From contig OX597819.1 in the NCBI GenBank assembly GCA_951406725.2, positions 63,550,001 through 63,614,000 of the forward strand: a stretch of DNA of 64,000 bases. The letters run 5' to 3'. Below the pieces are notes generated by a model. That model was not told where the DNA came from and made no database searches. It saw only the letters and a program-made list of their open reading frames with translations. Below are positions 13,968 through 28,180 of this stretch, piece by piece (the stretch's first letter is position 1; the number at the start of each line of letters is the position of its first letter). Source of the DNA: Octopus vulgaris. Its lineage: Eukaryota. The translations under genes were made by a program, and so were the position numbers.

Positions 13968-16722
13968 GTTTATCATGACTTCCTCGGTTGATAATAATAA
14001 TAAAAATAATGGTTTCCAATTTTAGCACATGGACGGCAATCATATATTAAATCAACTGCATTGACCTCGGTGTTCTTATTTTATTGATCAAGAAATGAGG
14101 AAAGACAAAACTGACATCGGCGAGATTTGAGCTTGGAAGCTAAAAATTCCCAAGGTGTACCGCTTGGCATTTTACCGGGCGCGCTAACAATTCAGCTACC
14201 ACACCACCTTAAATTGTTTCATATTTTAAAAGACGCCAACAATTTTGAGAATAAAGTAGTTACGCAACATCAACGCCCCTAAATCTTGACAGGTGTATAT
14301 TCACTGACCGGAGAGGATGAAAGGCAAATTGGGTCGGGGTGGAATTAGAAAAATGTATTAATTTCTAGTCCCTGCTTGTTGGTCCACCACAACTATTCTT
14401 TCGCTAGGGTCAGGTGACTGATGAATACCAACTGTACTAAAGGAAGATGGCGGAGTGACGTACATAACGGATCCAGGCGTTAAGAGATCCATCCAACAGG
14501 TGACAACTTTTGCTCTAACTTGCTCCACAAGTTAGTATTGTTCAAGAATTAGAGGAATGGGTGCCGAACAGTTTCGTCCTTTTGCACTTATCAACTTCAT
14601 GCTCGACTGCGTGTATTCCCTTGTCTTTAGACAGCAGTGTTCTCGGGTAGTACAACCAGATCAGCGATATCTGGAAGTTGGCCATGGGTCCCAGTACAAA
14701 ATTTCACCGGAAGAGTCTAGCTAGTTGATTTTAGTTGGTACATAGAGTCTCACAGATAACGTCTTCACGCTTATTTGTGAACAACCCGTCGTAGAATGCC
14801 AGAGTAGAACAACTACTAACCACACTACTCTAACTATTGCAAGACAGCGAGAGCATGTCGACATTGCATTTGTGAAGCATCTTGCTTTGTCATTCGCTTG
14901 AAACCAAAACTGTAGAGAGGAAATCTAGACATATTCAACTGACATGCGGCAACATTTGGTTACCTTCAATGGATTACTGGAGAGGTCACAGCCGCAACGC
15001 ATGTCTGCGGAGCACCAACAAATTTGTAGCCAGGAATTCACGATGTGCATGTTGATAACAAATGTGGCTCTTGATTAGCGGAACGTGTTCTAAGAGGAGG
15101 CGTAAGTGCTTCAGTCCGTCAGGCATGTACTGCTGCATTGAAGGTGATAGATACGTTTTCCAACTATACTTCACCTTTCATGAATAGTTGTCATGATTAA
15201 GATGCTATAGGCAACAAACGATAGACTTGGTGATGTTGAGAAATTGTCTTCGAATGTTAGCGAATATATTCTCTTGGTGATCTCTATGCTGAAATCCCAA
15301 TCATATTGAAGTATGCATATCACATACAGAAATATGCTTCCGAATTCTTTACGATAACAACAGGTAACACCTCTGACTTTAATAGAAGTAATTTCAAAAA
15401 CGTTTATAGCTTGCATGCATAGTATATATTTGTATAAAAACATAATTTTACAATCAGACTCATGAAATTAAGATAATAGATTTGGTATAACTAATGATGA
15501 CTAATATATTTGGTACAATATAACCGTAAAGTGAGAGTAAAGCCAGCAGCATTTTGATATAATGTCCAATCACCGTGCAAAATTCCGATATTAGAGTCTT
15601 ATGCCATTCTCTTGAAAGTATGGAAGTGTTTTACAGGTTCACGTATTGTCTTACAGGTCCACGTATTGTGTAAATTGTTATGCAAAAATGTGTACAGAAA
15701 TGTAGAGAACAAACTTCGCAAACTATCTCTCAGCATTGAACGTTCTTAAACGTGATTTAATTTTCATTGTTGCCTTGAAACAATACTGGATTTGGCCCGG
15801 AGGTCTAACAACCAGCAGAGCGATTGATCACGAGGAAGAAAGCATTGGGTGGCTTTTAAAAAAAGAATAGCAAAAACAAATTCAAAACGAAAAGAATTTA
15901 TAAAAAGCAATAAAATAATAATAATAATAAATAAAAGACGAAGCAATTTAAATATGGTGCCCATAGCATATTTCCAAATTGAACAGAAAATAAACATTTT
16001 CTAAATATTTTCGACTAAAGCAACCTATATTGACCGCTAAGACACGGATAGTAACATTGTGTTTGCGAATAGACTAACATCGGAAAGAAGTAAATTGGTG
16101 GAGACAGACAAAACAGAAAGCTGATAATAGTTGTGATCGTTCATAATATGGCGGATTCCATTCATTACTGACAAAGAAATAACATCAAAGAAGCTGCACA
16201 ATTGAGACAAATACCAGGAAATAAGAAAGAAATTGAAAATCATTGACATTAGGTAACTGATATTTCAGTCTTGAGACAAATTATTTAGAGAGATAAAGCA
16301 AGTCTTAAGTTTCAATAACCTCAGGAGAGACAAGTCTAGGATCTACTTAAATATATTAGGTGAGGTTACAAAGATGTAGATACAGTGAAATCGATGTGAG
16401 AAACAAATTAACAACTTGCAATATAAACAGAGTATAATAATTAAATGTAGGTACCTCTGGCAACTTTTACACAGGAGGCTTGCTGTGCCTACACTAGTCG
16501 ACTAAATATAAATTACATTTCCCTGTACACCTGCTAGAAGTATGTATCTGATAACGATAGCAATGTCGCTGAAGGTTGTGTATACATATGCTCACCTGCA
16601 ATCTAACACGACAGCTTTAACAAAATGCTGAATAAAAGAATAACACGTTTCCGAAGTTTGGATTATTGTAGTTCCTAAATGAAAATACGTCAAGTTGCTT
16701 TCCTAATAAGAACAACAAAATA

Positions 16723-16779
<57 letters not shown>

Positions 16780-16815
16780 TACATACATACATACATACAT
16801 ACATACATACATACA

Positions 16816-16847
<32 letters not shown>

Positions 16848-16954
16848 AATAACAAAAACACCCTCCGAATCAGGACTGTCAATTTGCGTTGGCAAATAGA
16901 CATAACTCTCTCTCTTTCTCTCACTTTTCTCTCTCTCTCTCTTTCCCTCTCTCA

Positions 16955-17034
<80 letters not shown>

Positions 17035-17116
17035 ATATATATATATATATATACGCATATATATGTATATTAAATGAGTGATTCAGAAAGCGGAGTGTAA
17101 CTAGAACCTTTAATAG

Positions 17117-17219
17117 CACAACGATCGTTTCCGCTTCGTTTTGCACTGCTCCCTGGTGGGTGTGGAATGATGTAAAGACATCAGATGCAACACACAGTGC
17201 AGTTGAACACCATCAGGTG
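17117..17219 (-). ncRNA. HHR-like motif with long stem II
   Basis: Minus strand reads cac-CTGATGG-...tgcactg...cagtgca...-GAAAC-GATC-GT-T-gtg. Palindromic AACGATCGTT stem III. A9G deviation in the core. Confidence 0.5.
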
Positions 17220-18329
17220 ACGCAACATACATCAAAAGTTATCAGATTTATATTTCACTTTCGCTCCAGATTATATGCTGGTGGTGAGTTGCTAGCAGTT
17301 CAGACACATTTTGGTATAGTGAGGAAGTTGTGGTCAGGAAGTGCTTGATAAAAGAAATAAAGGAAATAAAAAGAATTTAATAAAAATGGAGAAATGGGGT
17401 GTTTATAAGTGTGCTGAAGAAGTGATTGTTAAGAAGAAATAAAACAAGAATAAAGGAATCTAATGTATAACAGTAGGGGTGCTTATGGCTTTGGACTGAA
17501 CAGATATAGCGTGTGGCTATGGCAGTCAAGCGCAACGGCGTGGTCAAGGATTTTGGTAGGGGTGGGATTCCGGTCTTTAGATGTGGTGGCTGCTTAAACC
17601 TACACACACAGAGGCATACATTCACCATATATATACACACATGTGTGTGCGTGCACGTATACATATACGCTCTCATGCTCTCACACACACGAACACACGC
17701 ACACACATATATTGTATATACACATACATTCGGGCACACATACCTCATTTTGTCAAGGCTCAGCCCGCATATATAGGCACACACTCGTTTACACCTGGAC
17801 ATACGCTCATTTATATGGGAACTCGCGCTATTCCACGTGTGTACATGTTCGCATCCATCTATATTTGCTTTTACACCGAAACATACACATATAAATACAC
17901 ACATGTGCATGCGCACTCACACATATACATACACACACATATCGCTGTTTTATCTATACACACTCACATAGTACACTCACACACATATACACACACATAT
18001 ATATATATATGCACGTGAACTAATATACATATACCCATATGCGTATATGTACACATACATATATGCGCATATACACATACACGTAGATACATAAACACTC
18101 GCCCTACACGTGAATGCACACACACGCGGATGCACATGAATACATATATATTTTTATAGCGTGCGTGGATATAAAAAAGCACGGATCTATACAGGGTACA
18201 TACGTACTTAGTTACAAGGATATAACTGTCCATACGTTCATATATGGCTATATACATAGATACAACTGTCAGTGTTTTCCTAGGCTGGGGGTTTTCATGC
18301 ATGCAAGTTATGACTGTGAAGGTGCTGAG

Positions 18330-19330
18330 CTGTCAGGATTGTAGTGGGTGAAGATTGCTTTCTTAGAGTGTATGCAATTCGTTCAGTTAATTTGTTAATT
18401 ACTCTTTCACGAGTTAGTAAAACTGACAACGGTTCTTCCGAGCACAGCCTATACCGCCTAGAAAAGGTGTTGTATGGCTGTGCGTGTGCCCAGGACAGTT
18501 CATAGTTGATTTTATTTTCAGTTGCCACAGAAACTCCACCAGTGATGTATGACTCTTGGTCATTTTTTAAGGCTTGGGATGTAGTTGCGGTATCGATTCT
18601 TGGATGAATCGGCCGTAGCACCTCTGTACACGTACATGCCTCCTCGTGTGTTCACTGTGCATTTATATATAAGGTTGCCAGTCATGCAGAGTTATCAATT
18701 GGGCGTCTTGATTTGTCCTTACACTAGTACCCATAGCTGGCTGTTGTAAATGACCAGTGGTTGTAATCAATTGGTCTCGGTCTCGTCGTTCTAGTTGCAT
18801 GTCGATTCGTGTTCACCGTGTTGTTGTTATACCGACTCCCTGGTTTACTTAGTATTTGGTTCTTATTATTTCCGTATTGGTCCGGGCTATGGATTTTCGT
18901 GCTTGTCCTGTGATGGGGCTTCGGTCGGGCGAGCATTATGTACAGGTTCATTAGCTGAAGATTGGTTGGGGATAGTTATTCTAGCCCTTGTTTACGTTCT
19001 TGTTGTTGATTCGGATCATGTGTTGTTGCATGTTCGAGGAGGGTTATGTAAGACATCTTCATGTTAAGCTTGTTAAATATGGAGTGGTATTAGTGTGATT
19101 TCGGGAAACATCCGTCCAATTCTGAAAGGAACTCTCTAGCAATCTTCGAAAAAACATTGGATGCGTGGATTTGGTTTAAACTAGAGGAGGATGTGGTTTT
19201 TGTATTTGGCGTTGTATTTATTATTCTGAGTGCGTTATGTTTGTTTGGTGTGATATATTTTGTTGTGTGTTGCTTTGTTTAGATAGGGTTTTTCGTAGCT
19301 AGACAGTTTAATGAAGCGTATTTCAAACGT
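18330..19330 (-). pseudogene. Decayed Penelope-like ORF 3' part (RT thumb and GIY-YIG)
   Basis: Minus-strand remnants translate as CFPKSH.YHSIFNKLNMKMSY, CMTGNLIYKCTV and YRGATADSSKNRYRNY. Confidence 0.65.
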
Positions 19331-19866
19331 TACCCAGTTTTGAACCTGAACTGTTTGTCAAGAATGCTCCTTCGTTGCTTTATAGCCCCATATTCGAAAC
19401 GATTATGCATTCAGTAGTTTACAGGAATATAAATTCTATGTATAACCATTACTTTAAACCTACGATTACCGGAATAAAAGAGAGTTGAACACAGCAGTGA
19501 ATATGAGATTATCAATAATATTACACAACTCTCATCGAAATATGTAATTTCGTTGCGCATAAATATGCATCGTAGTTCTAGAATGCGTATGCCGGATTCT
19601 ATTCCGCTTTTGTGTTTATATCAGTTGTATTAATACGATTAGGAAATGCGTGATGGCTCTGTGAGATAAAGAAAGCAGCAAACTTTTAGAAATAACCGAC
19701 GGAACTGTATTTAAGACTGAATAGCACAACAGAGTGTTTTGATGAAATGAAAACGAATGTAATCAAAACTCTCTCTTTAAATTCATGGCTTTACATGTGC
19801 GGAGAGTTTTAATAAAATGCTCCTCTAAAATGTTGCGAACAATTTAGGAATATTTTAACTTGATAT

Positions 19867-20045
19867 GGCGGCGAGCTGGCAGAATCTTTAGCACGCCAGG
19901 AGAAATGATTAGCGGTATTTTGTCTGCCGTAACGTTCTGAGTTCACATTCCGACGAGGTCGACTTTACCTTTCTTCATTTCGGGGTCGATTAAATGAGTA
20001 CCAGTTACGCACTAGGATCAATGTCTGTCCCTGTTTGTCCCCTTT
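19867..20045 (+). mobile_element. SINE family 1, plus strand
   Basis: ggcggcgagctggcagaatc...gagttcacattcc...cttcatttcggggtcga. Confidence 0.85.
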
Positions 20046-20397
20046 ATGTAAACAGCAGGAGCAATACCGCTAAGCTTTTTGTTTAAGGCGTTAACGACTC
20101 TGTCAATTCGCCGCCTTTAGAAACCTGATAGAATGGCGAGTAAATTAGGTACAGGTTAGAGACTTCTATATTGAGAAAAAATACCCACAATTCACACAAT
20201 ACGAACGAGCAGAAAACAAAAATATCTAAGTTGGGAATGTTTGTTTTAAATCATTTCTAATTTAACATTTGCAGGAATAAAACGTTTAGGCAGATTAGTC
20301 TTCTTAGATAATATATTGGCTTTGTCAATAAATACACAAAATTCCTATTGGAACCGAACTGGACAACTAACGAATATGAATTAATCCTAAAACCACC

Positions 20398-20458
20398 CTC
20401 AGAATAATCAGCCGAATGAGCCTCTTCTTTCCTCCCCTTAATATCCTTAAATTCGTCC
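20398..20458 (-). repeat. Right copy of exact 61-bp long-range inverted repeat
   Basis: Exact reverse complement of 10333-10393. Confidence 0.95.
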
Positions 20459-21210
20459 CTCTTATAGCACGCCGTGACAGTGAGTAAAACTGCTATTGAA
20501 GCAATAACTGTACCCCTTGAAATGCACAAAAGTCTGATCAGTAACCCCTCCTAAACAAACAAATATACAATAGAATCGATAACTTTAAAACTAGAACTAT
20601 TAGCCAGACCTAGGAAACCCGACATAATCTTGTTTTAATTGGCATATGGTATGAATTAAACGCAGAAAAAGGACAGTGTATTAGACGTCAGCAGATCATT
20701 TTACAGTTTCCCTAAAAGTATAGATTATTTAATGTAGATGGCTTAACCATTGGATATCTCAGCGTATAAAGGGATACTTAAAATAGAATGATAAATATTT
20801 GAACCACAGGCCACTCAGAAACGAATATTAAATAATATCCGTTGCATAGTGTTCTGTAGTAAATCCATATAACAGTAAATAAGAAGGATAGAAAAAAGTT
20901 CTAACAGGAAAATAGCTTCAAAGCCGGTATTTACAGTATACAAACCACGTCTGATATGGAGAATACGAAAGAAGAGAAATTGTCAAATTATATTTGAACA
21001 TTAAACGTGAGGGATGGAAATGGCATAGATATTGAATGATGCGTTAAGTCTGCTAGAATGTATTCTGTACGATGCATATAAAAGTGTGATTCACAAAACA
21101 AACTCATATCGAATCATATTCAGAAATTCCTTGACAAGAAACAATAATTAATATAGGAATGGAGCCAGAAAATATATCCAAAGAAGAAGACCAGGATATA
21201 GAGCAGAATA

Positions 21211-21255
<45 letters not shown>

Positions 21256-21259
<4 letters not shown>

Positions 21260-21860
21260 GTCATCCCATAAATAATGCGGATTTTCAACTGCATGAACTA
21301 AAAGTCGGAGCGGTTTGGGATAAACTACCTGCATGAAATTGCTATAAAAACAGGTAGTAATTTTACTTTAACCTCATTCTTAATGCAAGTTTTGAAGAAT
21401 GCAGTTCGATTGTAACAGTCATTTTTTCAAAGCTATGATGGAAGTGAGAAAGGTGCGTATTTAGCATATTTTGCTTTATGAGTTCAATACAGGCAATAAC
21501 GCAATGAAAAGTGTGAGGAGCAGATGGTGATTAATGCAGTGTTAACGGTGGTTCCAGAAATTCCGAGCTGGAAACTACAGCCTAGAAAACGAGCCTTGTC
21601 CTGGAAGATCTGTAGAGCTGAACAAGGCCGTCCTGCATATTCTGGTGGAAAAAAATACCATTTTAACTGTTGAGAAAGAAGCAGACAAGCTTGGATTTGG
21701 TCATTCAAACAGTCATTGAAGTTGGTTTCAAAAGGAAAGTTGTTCTTCCATCCCGATAATGCTCGGTCACATACAGCAAGGATACATTCCAAAGGCTGGC
21801 GCTGTTTGAATGGGAAACGATGCCCCACCCACCATATTCGACGGACATTACTCCATCTGC
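21256..21860 (+). mobile_element. Internally deleted mariner remnant
   Basis: TA then ttgggtcatcccataa terminus. Remnants HILLYEFN, LFFHPDNARSHTA and PHPPYSTDITPS. Confidence 0.75.
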
Positions 21861-22006
21861 ATTATTTACATTATTTATATTATTTACATTTGACGGATAT
21901 TTGTCTTCATCTTGTTTGTTGTTAACACAACGTTTCGGCTGATATACCCTCCAGCCTTCATCAGGTGTCTTGGGGAAATTTTGAACCTGGGTTCTCATTC
22001 CTAAGG

Positions 22007-22052
<46 letters not shown>

Positions 22053-22160
22053 GATTATTATTTTTAAGGTCACTGTCTGGAATCGAACTCGTAATCTTGA
22101 GGTGAGTAGCCCGAGCTCTTAACTCCACATTTCCGAGTTCGATTCCAGGCAGTGACCTTA
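21860..22160 (-). mobile_element. tRNA-headed SINE-like element with (AAT)n linker and HHR-bearing Penelope-type tail, with a 5' inverted segment
   Basis: Minus strand: B-box gagttcgattcc head (22066-22128), (AAT)n, HHR at 21924-21969, then tgtaaataa-type repeats. Inverted head copy at 22134-22160. Confidence 0.65.
21924..21969 (-). ncRNA. Type I hammerhead ribozyme, intact core
   Basis: gacac-CTGATGA-a-ggctg-gagggtatat-cagcc-GAAAC-GT-T-gtgtt. Confidence 0.85.
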
Positions 22161-22761
22161 ATAATAATAATGAGTACCACGCACGGTAGGGATGTTTGTT
22201 GCCTTCGGGCACTCTTGTTGGACGAAGGAGAGAACCGGTGAAAACGTGCATTTACTCAGTAGTGTCAAGGGCCATACAACATTTAGGAGGGAGAGTGCCC
22301 TAATCTCGCAGTAGCAACTGCGACTTCTTTTGCATCCGATGATGTAGAGTACTTGATATTTGCAGGCAAATTCGTGTGTGACCTCGAGAGTGGTATTGAA
22401 CTTGTGCAGGGTGTTTCTAATTTCCATATTTTCATGTAAACCGTGGCTTGACTTTTAGCATCTCCATAATGTTTTGCATTCTATGGTTGGTACTAGCGAA
22501 AGAAGTAGAACATTCAATGCAAAATTAACTGAAGGAATGAAGCCACTAGTCAGCGCGAGGATAAAGCTCAAGGAATACCTAGCACAAAAGGCGCTTATAA
22601 CTGCCACATGTGCGCTAAACAGTTTTGATACCTAGCAGGTTTGAGAAGCCTTATCCGTACTGCTCATGTTGGAGAGAACAGTCAAGAGATGACATTGCTC
22701 GAAGTCGAATTGTAAACATTAAGTATGTATGAATGTATGCATGTATGTATATAAGCATGTA

Positions 22762-22799
<38 letters not shown>

Positions 22800-23900
22800 C
22801 ACATATGCATGTATGTCTGACCGCATTAGTGTTTGTTATATAGATATATATATATCCGCTTTCCTTCTTCTAGCTTTTGAAAACCAGAGGTATATTTTAT
22901 GGAAACATTTGATATCGATATATTTGTGAAAGTGATAAGCAGATACGATATTTGAATTAGAGATTGCATCGTTAGGAAGCAGTTTACCGGAATCTTTGCT
23001 TGAAAGTGATTCTATACGCCATAGTTATAGGAGCTTCTTTTATATTACCATGTGACCGGGGGCTGGGGAGAAGCTGTTGTACTTGCGATGAAACACGTCT
23101 ATAAATTATGAGTAATCTTTTCAATGAGATGTAATTTTATGTTTGATACTTATGGTGAGAGAAAGAAACATGAAAGTTCTGGGCAAAATAGTATTTTTAC
23201 GCGTCGTTTTATTTATTGTCTACTCATTCTACGAGATTATCTGCAAATTTTTGCATACACTTTACGTTCGTTCGTTCCTGGAAAAAGATGGCAAATCGTT
23301 TTATACCTTCTTGACATTACTAAGCAATAATAGGATAATTGAAATTTGTACACTACATTTCATAGTACTGTCAGAGATAACGCATCATTATCCTTCATTT
23401 GTGCCGTCTGTCTGCAGTTCATAAGAACATTGTATAACGTATTGCTAATGCTAGTTCTAGTAACGAGATTACGTAATTCATTTGTTTTTATAGGACATAA
23501 TAAACATAATTCTCTCCTTCACAATTGCATATATATCATTATGCCATAACATTCAGCTTAGGATATTTTTTTCCGGTTTTTCTATAATTTCTGCTCATTT
23601 ACGTTCTGGTACAGAGTTTGTCACGATTATATGCTTTGCATATATGTGGAATGTAAATGGTGCCAACATATATCTACTTCAGTTATGCTATTACTAATGT
23701 CATCTAGTCATCTATATCTCTGTACATGTTATTGTATTAGATATTTGATTAAGCAATTTAGATGCTGATTCTGTTACATAAATTAACTGTAGCCTAATTG
23801 GAATATCTCACATATCGCTTTTCGTATATTACCATATATACATAAATGCATACACACATAGCTGCATGTAATCACATATGCCTACTTACATGCATACATA

Positions 23901-23932
<32 letters not shown>

Positions 23933-24399
23933 CGCTCACTCAAACACAAACACACATACACACAAATATGTATATAAAGTGACAGAGAAATGCGAGTCAG
24001 TTATATGTACACGCGAGTGATGGCATGCATAATCGCATGCACAAATGCATCAATAATTCATTATTATACCATAATTTCTATTATTACCTTCTATTTAACA
24101 TATGTTCTTACGGTGGTGGCATCAAATTGTAGATTACATGGTAAAATACGGTGTTTATTTGAAGTTCTAGTATAAAGAGAAATCGGCAACAATTTGTGTT
24201 ATATAGTCGGTGAAATGAAATATACAATCCCCACTGCAAATAAAATAGTTGTTTAATGTATCTACCTATCTATTTTTTCTCTCTCTCAATATATATATAT
24301 TATACATTTAATTGATTCAAATAATCCATTAATCCAAATAATCCAAAAAATGTATTTAACACCCGTAGAGAAAAATAGTTTTCTTTTAATCATAAGCAT

Positions 24400-24850
<451 letters not shown>

Positions 24851-26035
24851 GATTGATTGATTGATTGATTGATTCTAGTTTCAGCTTATGAGCTGTGGCC
24901 ATGCTGGGGCACCGCCATTTGGTGTTGCTACTTGGTTTCACTCAATGGAGGCTTTCTAGCAACTGCTATTTGGTGCATGAGAGAGTTCGATGCAGCTGCC
25001 CTCATCTGCCCCTCCTGCCGTGAAGTTGGTTCATCTGGGACACCTGACAGGAAGAGATCCAGCTTCATTCTAAAGACATCTGTATCCACCCCATGCAGGT
25101 CTCTTAGGTTCTTCGGGAGGATATTGAAGAGCTGTGGGCCTCGGAAGCCCAGGCTATCACAGAATCTTGTCCTACATCTTGATGGCAGGTTTGGAGTCCT
25201 AGGCACCACGCAGTGGCGCCCAGTTCTGGCATTTGCGTAACTCTCGATGCTAAAGTTCAGGACACTTCCCTCCAGGATCTTCCAGATGTATATTATGGCA
25301 TATCTTTCCCGCCTACGCTCCAGGGAATATAGTTTTAATCTCTTGAGTCTTTCCCTGTAGCTTACATTCTGCATAGAGGCTATCTTCTTCGTGTAGCTTC
25401 GTTGGATCGCCTCAAGTTCTGTGATCAACTTGACACTGGATGGTGACCATAGCTGAGAGCAATAGTCAAAGTGGCTTAGGACAAGTGTCTTCCAGAGGAC
25501 CATCATGGTTTCTTGTTCTCTTGTTCTAAAGGTTCTAAGAATCCATCCAGCCAGCCGTCTACATTTCATTATCAGTTTAGCAACATGTACATGAAAGGTC
25601 GCGTCATCACTCATGTGAATACCCAGGTCACGCACTGATTGTGCCTCTGGGATTGCAATCCCTCCGGGTCCAGTGTATTCATTGGGTATTGCATTCAGTT
25701 TTGCATGCTGATAGTATAAAGCTTGAAACTTTCCAGCATTGAACTGCATGCTATTCTTTTCAGCCCACTTGTATATTTCGTCCAGCTCACATTGCAGGTG
25801 TTTAGTGTCCTCAGGGTTCTGTATTGCCTGTGAAACTTTTGTATCATCTGCATAACTTGTGATCGTGGCTCTCTGCGTGGCTGAGGGCATGTCTGAGAGG
25901 GCCATTATGAACAGTAGTGGTCCCAGAACAGTGCCCTGCGGAACACCGCTCACTATTTGTGTGTTAATGGAGGTGGCCCCATTGGCTACTACCACCTGAC
26001 TTCTATCCTTCAGAAAGTCATGAAACCATTCTCCC
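24851..26035 (-). mobile_element. 5'-truncated CR1-type LINE with open RT C-terminal ORF and (ATCA)n tail
   Basis: ORF 24928-26109 has SGVPQGTVLGPLLF, YADDTK, VRDLGI, FDYCSQLWSP and LYSLERRR. Its N-terminal residues come from TA repeat. Tail at 24851-24872. Confidence 0.92.
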
Positions 26036-26091
<56 letters not shown>

Positions 26092-26205
26092 ATATTTCGG
26101 AATGGTCATATTGCCAGTTTAGCCAATAAAAACACACGCACTATATATTTGGTGTTATTTTGCTTCAGTGATATTTATTTTTTACATTAATCTTAATCTT
26201 ATTTC

Positions 26206-26249
26206 GGCCAAAGTTCTTTCGTCACACTCCTGTGACCGCATCAGTGGTC
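26206..26249 (-). ncRNA. Variant HHR in the 3' pLTR (mirror copy at 28371-28414, +)
   Basis: cca-CTGATGC-g-gtcac-aggagt-gtgac-GAAA-gaac-TT-tgg, on the same strand as the ORF. Confidence 0.55.
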
Positions 26250-26773
26250 CTTTGTTTTCTTCTCACTTACTTGTGTCTCTCCTTACTAACCGTCAGCCAT
26301 TTTGTATTTCTATTGTATGTCTTCATTTGCGCATGCTTATATCTCTATGTGCGTCTATGTTTATTTAGTGTGTGGGGGGGATGCCTGTAATATTTGTATC
26401 TTCTGGTTATATACATTCTTGTAATTTGTATTTTGTTTTTGTTGTTGTTGCTTTTGTTCTAATTTTATTCATGTGTTTACATCCACCCATTATTATCATT
26501 ACATATGCTTGTATGTATGTATAACAACAATATTAGTAATAATAATAAAAAATCTAATCGAGAAAAAAAAAAAAAAAAAAAAGAATATACATATACATAT
26601 ATATATATATACATACATATACATATACATATATATATATATATATATACATATATACACACATACATACACATATACATATACATATATATACACATAT
26701 ACATATATATAGATATTCATTTCTATTTCTTTAATTACCTGTGTATTTATTATGTTTGCAGGATCCACTATTG

Positions 26774-28180
26774 TCATATGTTGTGGTGTGCGCTATTGCT
26801 CCATTCTAGTTTTCTATTCAGGCTAGGTTTATTTTCTATTATATGTGTAGCTTCTGTAATTTGTCTAATTGTTGCATCTGTTCTATGTGTGGACAATATC
26901 TTAATCTCTATGTTATTGATTGATCCCCCGTGTTCTTGTTCGGCGTGTTGGTACAGAATCGATGAGCTTTTACCTTCCTTGAGTTGTCTCCAATGTTCAT
27001 TCACCCGCTCACCAATGCTTCTTGCAGTTTCCCCTACGTATGTTACTGTCTTGTTACTGCATCGTCCCTCTATACATCTTATACTATAGACCACATTTCT
27101 GGCTTTACAGTTCGTTTGTGGGCTAAATCTACATACAGTGCAATAGTTATCCGTACAGAGAGTTCTACTAAAAGGATAGGTTCTACCAATTATAGATCTG
27201 ATAGGGTTGCCTGGCTTTTCAACAACCTTAATTCTTAGTTTAAGTTTATCTAGGGTCCTTCTAAAGCGGTACGCTAGTTCACCTCCAGGGGTGGTGTCAA
27301 CGAACATGACACTCTGGTATTTATGGCTATCATACCAAGAGTTGGCCTTCCTTATTTTCTTTTTTGTCCTTTCTATAGTGTTCCATGACTTGTTCCTGTA
27401 GAGTGGGCAAATCCCATTCCTATCATTACATAATATATTATCAAATTTCTTCATGGCTCCTTTGTATACTCTGATCCTTTCTTTATGGCTGTAACCTGAG
27501 AACTGCATGCGGTGAATGAAATACTGTATGTGTCTCTTTAATTCTGTAGGCTCGCACATGCGTGACACATTTCTCATTATTCTGACGAGGTCTGCCATCA
27601 AAATATTGAATTTGGCATTGCCCGCAATGGCTGAGTTCCGGTGGATCAGGTATTTTGAGGCCATAGGTTTTGCATAGTATGAATGAAGGATTTGGGTTTT
27701 ATTTTTCACAATTTCTAGCCAGAGTTCAGTGTCTAGTACTGGTAGTCTATGGTTGGGGTGTTTAGTGGGGTAGTCTATTGTGACCTTAATACTCTGGTGG
27801 ATGGAGTTAGCTATTTGCTGGATGCTCTCCATAGTATTAGTTTCTATTACTATATCAACAGTACTTTCTTGTGGGGGTGCCTTTACTACTATATTGATAT
27901 CATCAACATAGCGAGAGTACATGTTTACGAGTATGGATTTCTGCAGTAGGCATTCTTTAAGCCTTCTGTCCCACCATACCATGAAGAGGTTGGCCACATC
28001 ACCAGCGATACTAACACCGATGGCTGCCCCCTCGTCCTGGGCATATATTTCATTATTAAATTTAAATGTGTGGCCTTTTAGGGTAACTCTTATACTAGCT
28101 CCTAGTGCATGTGCGATCATTTTCTTTACCTGATGGACATTTGCGGGGCTCCGTATGGCTCTGGTCCATCCGCGCCATCT
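26774..28180 (-). CDS. Penelope-like reverse transcriptase and GIY-YIG endonuclease (N-terminally truncated)
   Basis: [29 protein letters not shown], linker CxxxxCxxC, NVVYSIRC...[16 protein letters not shown] and ITEA. The ORF-track start at 28318 lies inside the inverted pLTR. Confidence 0.9.
   Translation of the reverse strand, partial: RWRGWTRAIRSPANVHQVKKMIAHALGASIRVTLKGHTFKFNNEIYAQDEGAAIGVSIAGDVANLFMVWWDRRLKECLLQKSILVNMYSRYVDDINIVVKAPPQESTVDIVIETNTMESIQQIANSIHQSIKVTIDYPTKHPNHRLPVLDTELWLEIVKNKTQILHSYYAKPMASKYLIHRNSAIAGNAKFNILMADLVRIMRNVSRMCEPTELKRHIQYFIHRMQFSGYSHKERIRVYKGAMKKFDNILCNDRNGICPLYRNKSWNTIERTKKKIRKANSWYDSHKYQSVMFVDTTPGGELAYRFRRTLDKLKLRIKVVEKPGNPIRSIIGRTYPFSRTLCTDNYCTVCRFSPQTNCKARNVVYSIRCIEGRCSNKTVTYVGETARSIGERVNEHWRQLKEGKSSSILYQHAEQEHGGSINNIEIKILSTHRTDATIRQITEATHIIENKPSLNRKLEWSNSAHHNI

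Noticed and set aside
26774-28180. Selenocysteine recoding reported for some Naiad PLEs
   Set aside because: No in-frame TGA in the surviving ORF.
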